Shown in pieces: positions 29,117 through 37,719 of a DNA stretch of 64,000 nucleotides (position 1 is the stretch's first letter; every line of letters begins with the position of its first letter). The notes beneath the pieces are model-generated. The model made no database searches. It saw nothing but the letters and a program-made list of their open reading frames with translations, and was not told the DNA's origin. The DNA is from an uncultured virus (IMG/VR IMGVR_UViG_3300007345_000031). Its lineage: Duplodnaviria; Heunggongvirae; Uroviricota; Caudoviricetes. Location of the stretch: IMG/VR virus record IMGVR_UViG_3300007345_000031, one strand, 5' to 3'. Made by a program: the position numbers and the translations under genes.

Positions 29117-29466
29117 AGAAGTATTATCCACGTCATAAGATTGATGTGGATATTTTACATCGTGGATTGAGACGTGAAAATGTACTGGGGTATTGTGATG
29201 TAGTTGGTCCTTCTTATCGACCAAGACATTTCCTGATTGAACTTCAGACCGATATGTGTAAGGAGTTGTATATAAAAACTCTTTTACATGAATTGACTCA
29301 TCTTGCACAATGGGTAAGAGGTGATCTACGACACCGATATGGAAAATTGTGTTATTCACAAGAACCAGTGGAAATCTATGACTATGAAGATCAACCACAT
29401 GAAATTGAAGCACGAGAGGAAGAAGAAAGACTCTACAATCTGTACTGTAATGAAATCTTAACATAG
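29044..29466 (+). CDS. Zincin-like (HExxH) metallopeptidase domain protein
   Basis: TLLHELTHLAQ ... QPHEIEA. Confidence 0.75.
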   Translation: MSSIYTSGYGYSKKLCESVTSWFLKKYYPRHKIDVDILHRGLRRENVLGYCDVVGPSYRPRHFLIELQTDMCKELYIKTLLHELTHLAQWVRGDLRHRYGKLCYSQEPVEIYDYEDQPHEIEAREEEERLYNLYCNEILT

Positions 29467-29503
29467 TTGCACTTAAGAATTTCTTCAACTACAATAAAGA
29501 AAA

Positions 29504-29695
29504 ATGGAAAATGGTCAAGAGATGCAAGCTATCAGGGACTTTCTAACAGATGAGCAGTGGCACATTGTGATTGATGCTATCGAACAAGAAGCATTTTTAT
29601 TGGATGAAAGTGAGGAGTATTTTGATAAGTGTGAGGACATTATAAACAGAATCCATTCATTGCTTCACATTACTGGGCCCTCTAAAGTGTCCTAG
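29504..29695 (+). CDS. Acidic hypothetical protein whose C-terminus reads through repeat 9
   Basis: Ends ITGPSKVS*. Confidence 0.55.
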   Translation: MENGQEMQAIRDFLTDEQWHIVIDAIEQEAFLLDESEEYFDKCEDIINRIHSLLHITGPSKVS

Positions 29696-29699
29696 TTGT

Positions 29700-30044
29700 A
29701 TGAAGACCACTATGAAAGAAAACAAGATGACAACACTTTTCCGTCAAGGAATCAAATTTGAAGAGTATTGGGGCACTGAAGTTCGTGCTCATCATATGAA
29801 CACTCGTTCTGTTTATCGTCTGCTGGAAGATGATGACATTGCGATCACACATTCCGCACCATATGTTGATGGTGAAAGTGTTGATCAATTTGCTGTAACT
29901 TTCACCGAAGTTACTGCATATCATGAGAATGGAAATGTGTTATCATCAACCACAAAAACACTTGGAGTTTATGATAACTGGTTGGATGCTTATTACCGAG
30001 CATTCTCTATTCTAAACAAGAAAACATTAGCACAACTTGTGTGA
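29700..30044 (+). CDS. Hypothetical protein
   Basis: First ATG falls at repeat position 27; alternative starts at 29712 and 29727. Confidence 0.65.
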   Translation: MKTTMKENKMTTLFRQGIKFEEYWGTEVRAHHMNTRSVYRLLEDDDIAITHSAPYVDGESVDQFAVTFTEVTAYHENGNVLSSTTKTLGVYDNWLDAYYRAFSILNKKTLAQLV

Positions 30045-30046
30045 TC

Positions 30047-30277
30047 ATGAGAATTGACATTGTAGGTCGAATTATCGGAAGCTTTCTGGTTGTTTCTGCT
30101 TATTTTGTTGTTTTACATGTAAATGTAACATTTGGAGTTCTGATGCACTTCATTGCCGATGCAATTTCCATTCCATTCTTTATACGAACAAAGTCATGGG
30201 ATGTTGTAATTATGTTGGCATTTCTTTTAATCATTTCAACTAGCAAACTGTTCAATTTGGGAGGAATCGTATCATGA
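30047..30277 (+). CDS. Small membrane protein
   Basis: Three hydrophobic segments. Confidence 0.7.
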   Translation: MRIDIVGRIIGSFLVVSAYFVVLHVNVTFGVLMHFIADAISIPFFIRTKSWDVVIMLAFLLIISTSKLFNLGGIVS

Positions 30278-30417
30278 AATGGGATGTGAAACTGTATGTT
30301 GCCGGAAAGGTATTTACCGAAGAAGTTTATGCCCGAGATGCACAAGATGCAAGGGAGACAGCATTAGCACGAAATCCCACTGCTAAAGTTATTGGAGTGA
30401 ATGGGAGTTTCAAATAG
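30274..30417 (+). CDS. 47-aa hypothetical protein (absent from ORF track)
   Basis: MKWDVKLYVAGKVFTEEVYARD...ALARNPTAKVI; GGAGG SD; stop abuts repeat 10. Confidence 0.7.
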   Translation: MKWDVKLYVAGKVFTEEVYARDAQDARETALARNPTAKVIGVNGSFK

Positions 30418-30462
30418 TGGGCCCCTTAAAGTGTCTCATTAGTGTAAGCACAGTTCAGAAAA

Positions 30463-32627
30463 ATGCAAGAATCAAAGTTCCTTCTTCACGGTCAACATCA
30501 TCGTTCTAATGGTTGGGTGATGAATGATTGTTTAGGTTACATCAAAGAAACAAAAGAGGATGCGATTGCTACATGTAATCGACTCAATCCTAACTTTGTG
30601 ATTCACTCTATCACTGTTGAAGAATGACCAAAGCAACACACAAACGATTCACACACATCTTTTGATTATGAACGAAACTGAACTCGAAGCTCTTGAAGTG
30701 ATGGAAACCATTGAGGATTCCGTTGAATATATTTGTAATGAGTATATGTTAAGTGGAGAGAAAGTTTGGACTATGATTGCAGCACTTGCTGATGCAAAGA
30801 TTGCACAATTTCCTGATTGATAATGAGTGGGCCCTTGAAAGTGTTTCAGTAGTGTAAGTCGTTCGTTATTTCAGTCATGCAACTCACTTCCAAAGATGGT
30901 AACATGGTTGTTGATTTCTATCCCGTCAAATTTGCAGACGGTGGGATTCACAATCGTTTGATGCTCAAAGTTGTGACTTTTATTGGTGCAACTCAATCCA
31001 AATCTTACATCAACAAGAAAGATTTTCAGCATGAGGTTGATTCTCGTGTGAAGGGTTATGGTTATCAAGTCACTGATGATTCGATGATTCCACAACTCTT
31101 TAACTCTGCAATGTGTCTTGCTTGCTGATGTCAATTATTCAATCTTATCTTCACAATAAAATGATGGATCGTCTTGAAATGCTTTCTCAACGTGAACAAT
31201 TGATGGAGGACATTGATTGTATTGTATCGGCACAATATGGTCAAGGAAATGAAGAACTTGCTGATGAAATGATTAAGTTGTTATGTGATGCTGTTTGCAA
31301 AAACTTTCCTGCTAACTGATGTCATTTGTTTCCACCTTTGATCATACTAATTCCATGACTGACAACATCATCAACCGTGACGAATTGCAGGACAATCTTA
31401 TTCATCAGATTCTGGATGATATGGATTTGAAGACGATGTATGCTTGCTTATATGATTACATGTCTGAAAGCTATGACAAGTATTCAGTTGATGAAATTGT
31501 CGAAGAAGTCGAAGAGTATTACCCACAATTGTTGGAGGATGCAGATAACTCTTAAAACATGTCAATTTACAAAGATTACTGGACTAAACCAAAACCAACG
31601 AAAGAACCCAAATCAAAAGAATCCAAATGAAAACATCATTTTGTAATGGCAATTCATGGTCTAAATTTGATGCTTACTATCATGATGATAGTGAACAATG
31701 GACTTATGAATTGATTGATGGACATCACCGCACAAGTTTAATTTACGAGGATAATGATGATGAAATTCTACAAGATTACTGATATTGAGTTTGATTTTGA
31801 TTATGAAGACATTACATTGGAGGAACAGAATGAAGTGATCGAAGGTGCCAAAGCTTGTCTATGGGATGCAACAAATGAGGATGATCTTTGTGATGTCATT
31901 AGTGACAACACCGGATGGTTTGTGAAGTCATTCTCTTATGATGTTATTCGATAACAAACACTGGGCCCCTTAAAGTGTTTCAGTAGTGTAGAAACGAAAC
32001 AACTCTCTCAAATGTCTCAACAACTCAATGCTTCTATCTATCGTCAACTCTTCACTGATTGTGAGTGGGATGCTATCTCTTCTGCAATGAAAGATTATGC
32101 TGATTATGGTGACGAAGAAGCAAACATTGCTGATTCGATTGATGCAAAGATCACTCAAATTTTCAAACTTACTGCCTGATTATGTTACATCAACTCCCTA
32201 ACGGTAAAATCATCATGCACGATGGATTAATCCGTGAACTTGCTATTCAACGAATGGAAACTTATGATCGTTGGATACAAGACAATCGTGAACAATTAAA
32301 GATCGAATCTCAACAACTTTTCGATGATATGTTCGGAGGTTAATTCTTTCAATGACTCCGAAATCTTCCGAGGTTTTCCGAGTCGAGTCACGCCCCTAAT
32401 TTTATCAAAAAACTATGATTCTTCTGACATCTGATTCTCACGGTTGTGTGTATACTATTGACAGTGAAGGTTGTTTATACTATATGCCCAAACATCTTGA
32501 TGGATCAATTAACTTTGAAGAACTTGCAGAAGTTGAATCTGTTGATGAATTAGATGATGAAGATACTTCTCAAATTCATTCTCAATTGATTACAATGTCC
32601 AAATCAATTGGTCATTACTTCTGTTAG
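30463..32627 (+). CDS. Cluster of small, mostly acidic ORFs (30463-30627, 30668-30820, 30877-31128, ~31140-31319, 31319-31555, 31754-31954, 32012-32179, 32182-32343, 32415-32627)
   Basis: Tightly packed + strand ORFs of about 50-85 aa between repeats 10 and 13. Confidence 0.6.
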
Positions 32628-32672
32628 TGGGCCCCTGAAAGTGTTTCAATAGTATAGGATACCATTTCTCTC

Positions 32673-33017
32673 ATGCGTAAGATCGAACAACAAATGAACA
32701 ATGCCATTTCTAACAACAAGTCCTGGCAATCTGCAAACACCAGTGTTGTTTGTGATGACAATGGTGTCTCTCATGTGTATCTTCATGGCAACAAGATTGC
32801 AGAGGTTGGTGATGACTTTGTTCAGATCTTTGATGGTGGTTGTCAATCCAATACCACCAAATCCCGTCTGAATGCTATTCTCAAAGAACATGCAATTGAT
32901 GGTGAGTGTGTGTATCAAAAGAACTTCAAATGGTATGTTGATAAGTTCATTGGATGTGCCGGAACTTTCAAGGTTTATAACACTTTCGAGTTCACTGATG
33001 GTTTCATGTTTGCCTGA
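32673..33017 (+). CDS. Conserved phage hypothetical protein
   Basis: MRKIEQQM...VYLHGNKIA...SNTTKSRLNA. Confidence 0.7.
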   Translation: MRKIEQQMNNAISNNKSWQSANTSVVCDDNGVSHVYLHGNKIAEVGDDFVQIFDGGCQSNTTKSRLNAILKEHAIDGECVYQKNFKWYVDKFIGCAGTFKVYNTFEFTDGFMFA

Positions 33018-33022
33018 TTGAT

Positions 33023-33826
33023 TTAACTCTCTTCTCTATACCATCTGCAACCCTTCCAACTATATCTGGAAGGGTTTTTTAATGCCTTCGTTACACCTGT
33101 AGCTTTGCCGCTACCTAACACTCTACCCGCTTCTCTTATACTATCAAAGTGATATATGATTTTCCCGTCTAATATACGCTTGCCATAGATTTTATGGGAG
33201 TAAGGTCTATTATCTAATTTCTCCCACTTATATCCATATGCCACAATCTTCTGTTTGATTGCTCTACTGATGTTGCCAGAACCTCCTTTGATTCCTATAC
33301 TCTTCCGCGCTTCAGTTATGCTATCAAATTCAAGAACTTCTCCCGTCTCGACATTAGTTGCTCTGACTTTTCTCCTAGCATGTTTACCATCACCGCTCTT
33401 ATCTCCGAATGGATTAACCCCTTGATATTTGTCTTTTAGAGTATTACGTATTGAAGCAATATGTTCAGGAGACTTTTCTTTCCCTTGCATAGTTGTTGAT
33501 ATTCTATCCCGAACTTCTTCGCTTATCTCTTTTGCTTGTTCTCCGCCTGTTGTTAGATTGTATCCGTTGTTAAATGTATCAAACTGTTCTATCCAATATC
33601 TCTCCCTATCCGAGAGTTGCGCCGCTGGGATATTAGTTTCTATTTCACGGACAGTAAACATAGAGACGCCATATTTCTTGATTGCTCTATACAATGGTCT
33701 GTGTGATTTACTCTTCGATTCTGTTATATGATGCCGCCATCTTTCGCCCACGGTCTTGATAGTCTGACCGATATATCTCTTGCCATTTACCTTACAAATG
33801 ATTGAGTAGATTGTCCCAGTTGTCAT
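33023..33826 (-). mobile_element. Free-standing GIY-YIG homing endonuclease with NUMOD3/NUMOD1 modules
   Basis: GTIYSI...NGKRYIGQT, RWRHH, ERYWI, GYNLTTGG; KSPEHIASI; two FDSI(T/R)EA HTH-like modules. Only credible minus-strand gene. Confidence 0.88.
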
Positions 33827-34001
33827 AAGATAGCGTGTGATAGAAGGCTTTACTATGTATGATAAAATGCCCCGCTAAATGGTGTCTATATAAAGGTTTA
33901 GCGAATTTATTGTTAGTAACTCCGAATGCACTGTGTAGTTACTTTGGGGCGTATTTACAGTGTTTTTAATGTGTCTAGGAGTAGTGATTTTAGACTGCCC
34001 C

Positions 34002-34132
34002 AGCTTATCACACCACCGAGAAATTGTCAACCCCCCGATGTCAGAATTTCCAGAAATAAGACTTACAAAAATCACACTGATTCTGATAAATACCTGCAAT
34101 GACTTGACAGAAATGCTCTGTTAGATTATACT
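34002..34132. promoter_or_regulatory. Divergent sigma70-type promoter pair
   Basis: Minus strand TTGACA (34030-34025)-17-TAAGCT faces the endonuclease; plus strand TTGACA (34104)-17-TATACT. Confidence 0.65.
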
Positions 34133-34161
34133 ATAAAAGTCACTCAAATCCCCCCAAAGAT

Positions 34162-34335
34162 ATGTCAGTTGCTTATCGCCAGGCACAGAAACAGCGTTAT
34201 CGCATTACTCTTGAGCTTGATGTAATGCATGACTTCGACCCGCACCAGCTTGATTGGGAGAAACTCTTTGAGCTGGAACCGGCAGAGAAGGTGACAGCTT
34301 ATGTGGAGGACTTGAGCACACCGGACTTTTGGTGA
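34162..34335 (+). CDS. 57-aa hypothetical protein (absent from ORF track)
   Basis: MSVAYRQAQKQRYRITLELDV...; follows the promoter at 34104. Confidence 0.65.
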   Translation: MSVAYRQAQKQRYRITLELDVMHDFDPHQLDWEKLFELEPAEKVTAYVEDLSTPDFW

Positions 34336-34464
34336 GTTATAAACAGTGGGCCCTGTAAAGTGTTCTAGTAGTATAAGGGACGCAATCGGACGGACCCACT
34401 GACACCTCACCGATTGAATCTCAAGATCAGATCTGATCATCAGTCAACGTTAATCATCAGTCTT

Positions 34465-34740
34465 ATGACATCAACTTTGCAGTCTAATCTCACCGATACC
34501 ACTTACAACGGGTGGGCGAATTATGAGACCTGGAACGTATCACTCTGGATCGGTAATGATGAGTTTCTTTATAACACTGCCAAGGCATGTGTAAAGTACG
34601 TGAGTGATAACGAAACACCCTACGATAGGTTCGTTCGTTGTATGCACAATAACGAAGATTTCGTCACTGGTGATAACGTGCGTTGGGATGATGATAACAT
34701 CGACCGTGATGAAATTATGGAGATGATGGAAGAACTCTGA
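34465..34740 (+). CDS. Conserved phage hypothetical protein
   Basis: TYNGWANYETWNVSLWIGND motif. Confidence 0.7.
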   Translation: MTSTLQSNLTDTTYNGWANYETWNVSLWIGNDEFLYNTAKACVKYVSDNETPYDRFVRCMHNNEDFVTGDNVRWDDDNIDRDEIMEMMEEL

Positions 34741-34822
34741 TCCGTCAGCTACCAGTCTAACAAATTGACCTGGAGATGTCAATAAACTCTCTGTCAGTTC
34801 TTTACACTTTTCTCTCGTTATT

Positions 34823-34978
34823 ATGTCTCGCGAAGTTGCACTCGGTCTTCTCCGTCAAGGTAACACTGGCAGTGAAATTCTGTCGATTCTGGATGTGATC
34901 GTCTCTGATATTGAAGATGCTAATATTCAGGATTGTGCAGAGCATTATGCTGCTATCAGTGCTGATTTTGCGTTCTGA
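34823..34978 (+). CDS. 51-aa hypothetical protein
   Basis: MSREVALGLLRQGNTGSEILSILD... Confidence 0.55.
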   Translation: MSREVALGLLRQGNTGSEILSILDVIVSDIEDANIQDCAEHYAAISADFAF

Positions 34979-35177
34979 TTGATAGTTACCGTGCGGGGAG
35001 TTGACATCAGTCTCTTCCCGTATTATAATGAGTTTATATCAGTGAATGAGCAGTGTTTTGCGCGGTTCGTTGATATCGCCCGGCGGGCGTTGTCCCCGTA
35101 TATAAAAATCCATCACTACCCTAACCTACAGAGGTGACAAAATGCGAGCTAAATATAAAAACTGAAAAAAAATTTTG

Positions 35178-35200
35178 AGGGGCTGAGAAGTCCCTTTTTT
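35178..35200 (+). terminator. Rho-independent terminator
   Basis: AGGGGCT-GAGA-AGTCCCT-TTTTT. Confidence 0.65.
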
Positions 35201-35284
35201 AGTTTTTTATAAAATTTGATATATAATTTTAAGATGTAAAACAAATTGAGTAAAAAAATTTCCGAAAAAATTTTTGAGGACCCT

Positions 35285-35491
35285 ATGGAAAAAATATATC
35301 ACATATATGCAAAGAATAAATGTATATTTCATTCATTAAAGGAAGAGGAGTTTCGAAGGACTTGGAATCAATTGAATAGTATGGTAGGATTAATGAAGAC
35401 AGATTATACAACGGAAGATTTAAGTTATGAGGAGGCTGTATTTTTAAGTGAACATGGTGGAGGAGGATCTTTCGAATCACCTTCGTATTGA
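35285..35491 (+). CDS. Hypothetical protein
   Basis: GAGG SD; MEKIYHIYAK... Confidence 0.65.
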   Translation: MEKIYHIYAKNKCIFHSLKEEEFRRTWNQLNSMVGLMKTDYTTEDLSYEEAVFLSEHGGGGSFESPSY

Positions 35492-35555
35492 CGCCCTTGG
35501 GTATTGACTGAACATATATAATCTGTTAGAATTGAACTGAAAGTTTATTTCCATT

Positions 35556-36326
35556 ATGGCAAAAGGATTTACTGTAAAAACTGTAGCACCAAAGAAGGAA
35601 TCAAAACCTGATTTTGACATTCCTGCGATTAAGGAACGTATGAAAGGGAAGACGATTGTATTTTGTCTTCCAGGAAGGGGATGTTCATATATCTTTCTGA
35701 AGAACTTTGTACAACTATGTTTTGATATGGTACAGAATGGTATGGCCATTCAGATCAGTCAAGATTATAGTTCAATGGTTAACTTTGCACGTTGCAAGGT
35801 ATTGGGAGCAAATGTACTTCGTGGACCAAAGCAAATTCCTTGGGATGGTAAGTTGGAGTATGACTATCAGTTATGGATTGATAGTGATATTGTATTTGAC
35901 ACTAACAAGTTCTGGCAGTTGTGTGATCTTGCATTATCTGAAGATGGCACAGAACGAGAGATTACTGCTGGGTGGTATGCCACAGAGGATGGTCAAACTA
36001 CATCTGTCGCACACTGGTTAGAAGAGGATGATTTCCGTAAGAATGGTGGAGTGATGAATCACGAAACTGTCGAATCAATGTCCAAGCGTAAGAAGCCATT
36101 CACGGTGGACTACACAGGATTTGGATGGGTATTGATTAAGAAGGGAGTTTTTGAGAATCTTGAGTATCCATGGTTTGCACCGAAGATGCAAGTCTTTGAA
36201 TCTGGAAATGTACAAGACATGTGTGGTGAGGATGTCTCATTCTGTCTTGATGCAAAGGATGAAGGATTTGAGATTTGGTGTGATCCTCGAATTCGTGTTG
36301 GACATGAAAAAACTCGTATTATTTGA
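35556..36326 (+). CDS. GT-A fold (GT2-like) glycosyltransferase
   Basis: NFARC, LWIDSDIVF (DxD), VDYTGFGWVLIKKGVFE, GEDVSFC, VGHEK. Confidence 0.8.
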   Translation: MAKGFTVKTVAPKKESKPDFDIPAIKERMKGKTIVFCLPGRGCSYIFLKNFVQLCFDMVQNGMAIQISQDYSSMVNFARCKVLGANVLRGPKQIPWDGKLEYDYQLWIDSDIVFDTNKFWQLCDLALSEDGTEREITAGWYATEDGQTTSVAHWLEEDDFRKNGGVMNHETVESMSKRKKPFTVDYTGFGWVLIKKGVFENLEYPWFAPKMQVFESGNVQDMCGEDVSFCLDAKDEGFEIWCDPRIRVGHEKTRII

Positions 36327-36350
36327 TTTTTATTTACAGGAGAAAGTATT

Positions 36351-36485
36351 ATGGCAATGATGAAAGGTGGTTCTTATGTTGAAGGTAAGCCTAAAAAAAC
36401 TCGTCAAGGCTCGTCTCAATATACTAAACTCGCAGCGTCTTCTCGTAATGGTAAAAAGAAGAGGTATAGGGGTCAAGGAAAATGA
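36351..36485 (+). CDS. Small basic 44-aa protein (absent from ORF track)
   Basis: AGGAG SD; PKKTRQG...RNGKKKRYRGQGK. Confidence 0.7.
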   Translation: MAMMKGGSYVEGKPKKTRQGSSQYTKLAASSRNGKKKRYRGQGK

Positions 36486-37246
36486 GTGAGTTAATTGTAA
36501 ATCTACCTGCACAAAAAGTATGGGTTCGTAAGGAATACTTACGTGATTTACAAGATGGACATGGTGAATTTGTAGAAGGCGTTTGGGTATCGGCAAAGTC
36601 CATACCTGGACGCACTTTTTATTTTGAGACTTATTTACCAGAGTATGCGGCAATGTTTGATAAATTGCCTATCAGTGCCTTCTGTAGTCGCCCTGAGCTG
36701 CCTTCTCCTGACCTTGACTTACCCAACCTTCAGTTTTGGAATTGTATGGATTATGGAGTCACTAATATTCATAAGCAATTTACTGGTTCAATGCGTTGGG
36801 AAATTAGAACAAGGAATTTTGGATCACTTAATGGGTCATATATTTGCACTTTAGACAATTATCATCATAGTGCGAATGAGATTGACTACAGTACAAGTGA
36901 GATTCCACAGGAACATAAGTCATTTAACCTCATTGAACTTGAAAATGGGCAATATGCACTATATCCAAACAACCGTTGTCGCATTTATGACATCTCATTA
37001 ACACCATCAGAAGCTAAAATACCTGATTTTAAGGTATCTACGGAGTATTATGAGGTCGAAAATGATATTGACTGGGGTCGATTAGGTGATACTGATGAAT
37101 ATTTTTGGGAAACACCCGAAGAAAAGTTAAAAAAAGAAGTAGAAATGCTTGAAAATGGTCCAATTTCTTGTGGCCCGGGTCATTTTACTCAAGGATATGG
37201 ATTTTTTGGAAAAACAAATCAAAATAATTCAGAATCTCAAAAATAA
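36482..37246 (+). CDS. Conserved hypothetical protein
   Basis: 254 aa, ATGA-coupled; ELENGQYALYPNNR motif. Confidence 0.7.
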   Translation: MSELIVNLPAQKVWVRKEYLRDLQDGHGEFVEGVWVSAKSIPGRTFYFETYLPEYAAMFDKLPISAFCSRPELPSPDLDLPNLQFWNCMDYGVTNIHKQFTGSMRWEIRTRNFGSLNGSYICTLDNYHHSANEIDYSTSEIPQEHKSFNLIELENGQYALYPNNRCRIYDISLTPSEAKIPDFKVSTEYYEVENDIDWGRLGDTDEYFWETPEEKLKKEVEMLENGPISCGPGHFTQGYGFFGKTNQNNSESQK

Positions 37247-37299
37247 CTCAATAAATCCTTAATAAATAAGGTAAGATTTGCTGTAAAAACAACAAAAAA

Positions 37300-37710
37300 A
37301 TGCCATTAGAACGGGTCAGTCGGGGATTTAAGGATGTGAGTTTGGCTTTTTCGCCAAATCCAGTCACTAATGACTTGATTGTACTCAATAATGAAAGAGC
37401 AATTGCAAGATCTATTCGTAATCTAATATTTACACAAACTGGGGAAAAATTTTTCAATCCAGATCTTGGCACTCATACATTAAATCCAAATTTTCCACTA
37501 TTTGAAATCATTGATAATATCAATGCGACCGAATTTAGGGAAAATCTTCTCAATTTGATACAAAATTATGAACCAAGGGTTTCTGTTATAAATGTATTAG
37601 TAGAACCTGATTGGGATAATAATGGATATAATATTACAATTTCATACAGAATCATAGGAGCAGATATTGTTCCGCAGCAATTAGAATTTGCAATTTTACC
37701 AACAAGATAA
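37300..37710 (+). CDS. gp25: Baseplate wedge subunit gp25-like
   Basis: AIARSIRNLIFT..GEKFFNP..G, NYEPRV; located before gp6. Confidence 0.88.
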   Translation: MPLERVSRGFKDVSLAFSPNPVTNDLIVLNNERAIARSIRNLIFTQTGEKFFNPDLGTHTLNPNFPLFEIIDNINATEFRENLLNLIQNYEPRVSVINVLVEPDWDNNGYNITISYRIIGADIVPQQLEFAILPTR

Positions 37711-37719
37711 GTGCTTTAA

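Larger units (their letters stand above)
18521..34376 (+). repeat. Dispersed array of 14 direct repeats TGGGCCC-N3-AAAGTGT-N5-T-N2-T-R at gene boundaries
   Basis: Starts at 18521, 19955, 21415, 22777, 24230, 25765, 26679, 28034, 29674, 30418, 30828, 31962, 32628, 34347. Both 7-mers and their spacing are invariant. Confidence 0.95.

Noticed and set aside
18521..34376. CRISPR array interpretation of the repeats
   Set aside because: Intervals are 0.4-1.7 kb and contain whole genes; no cas genes seen.
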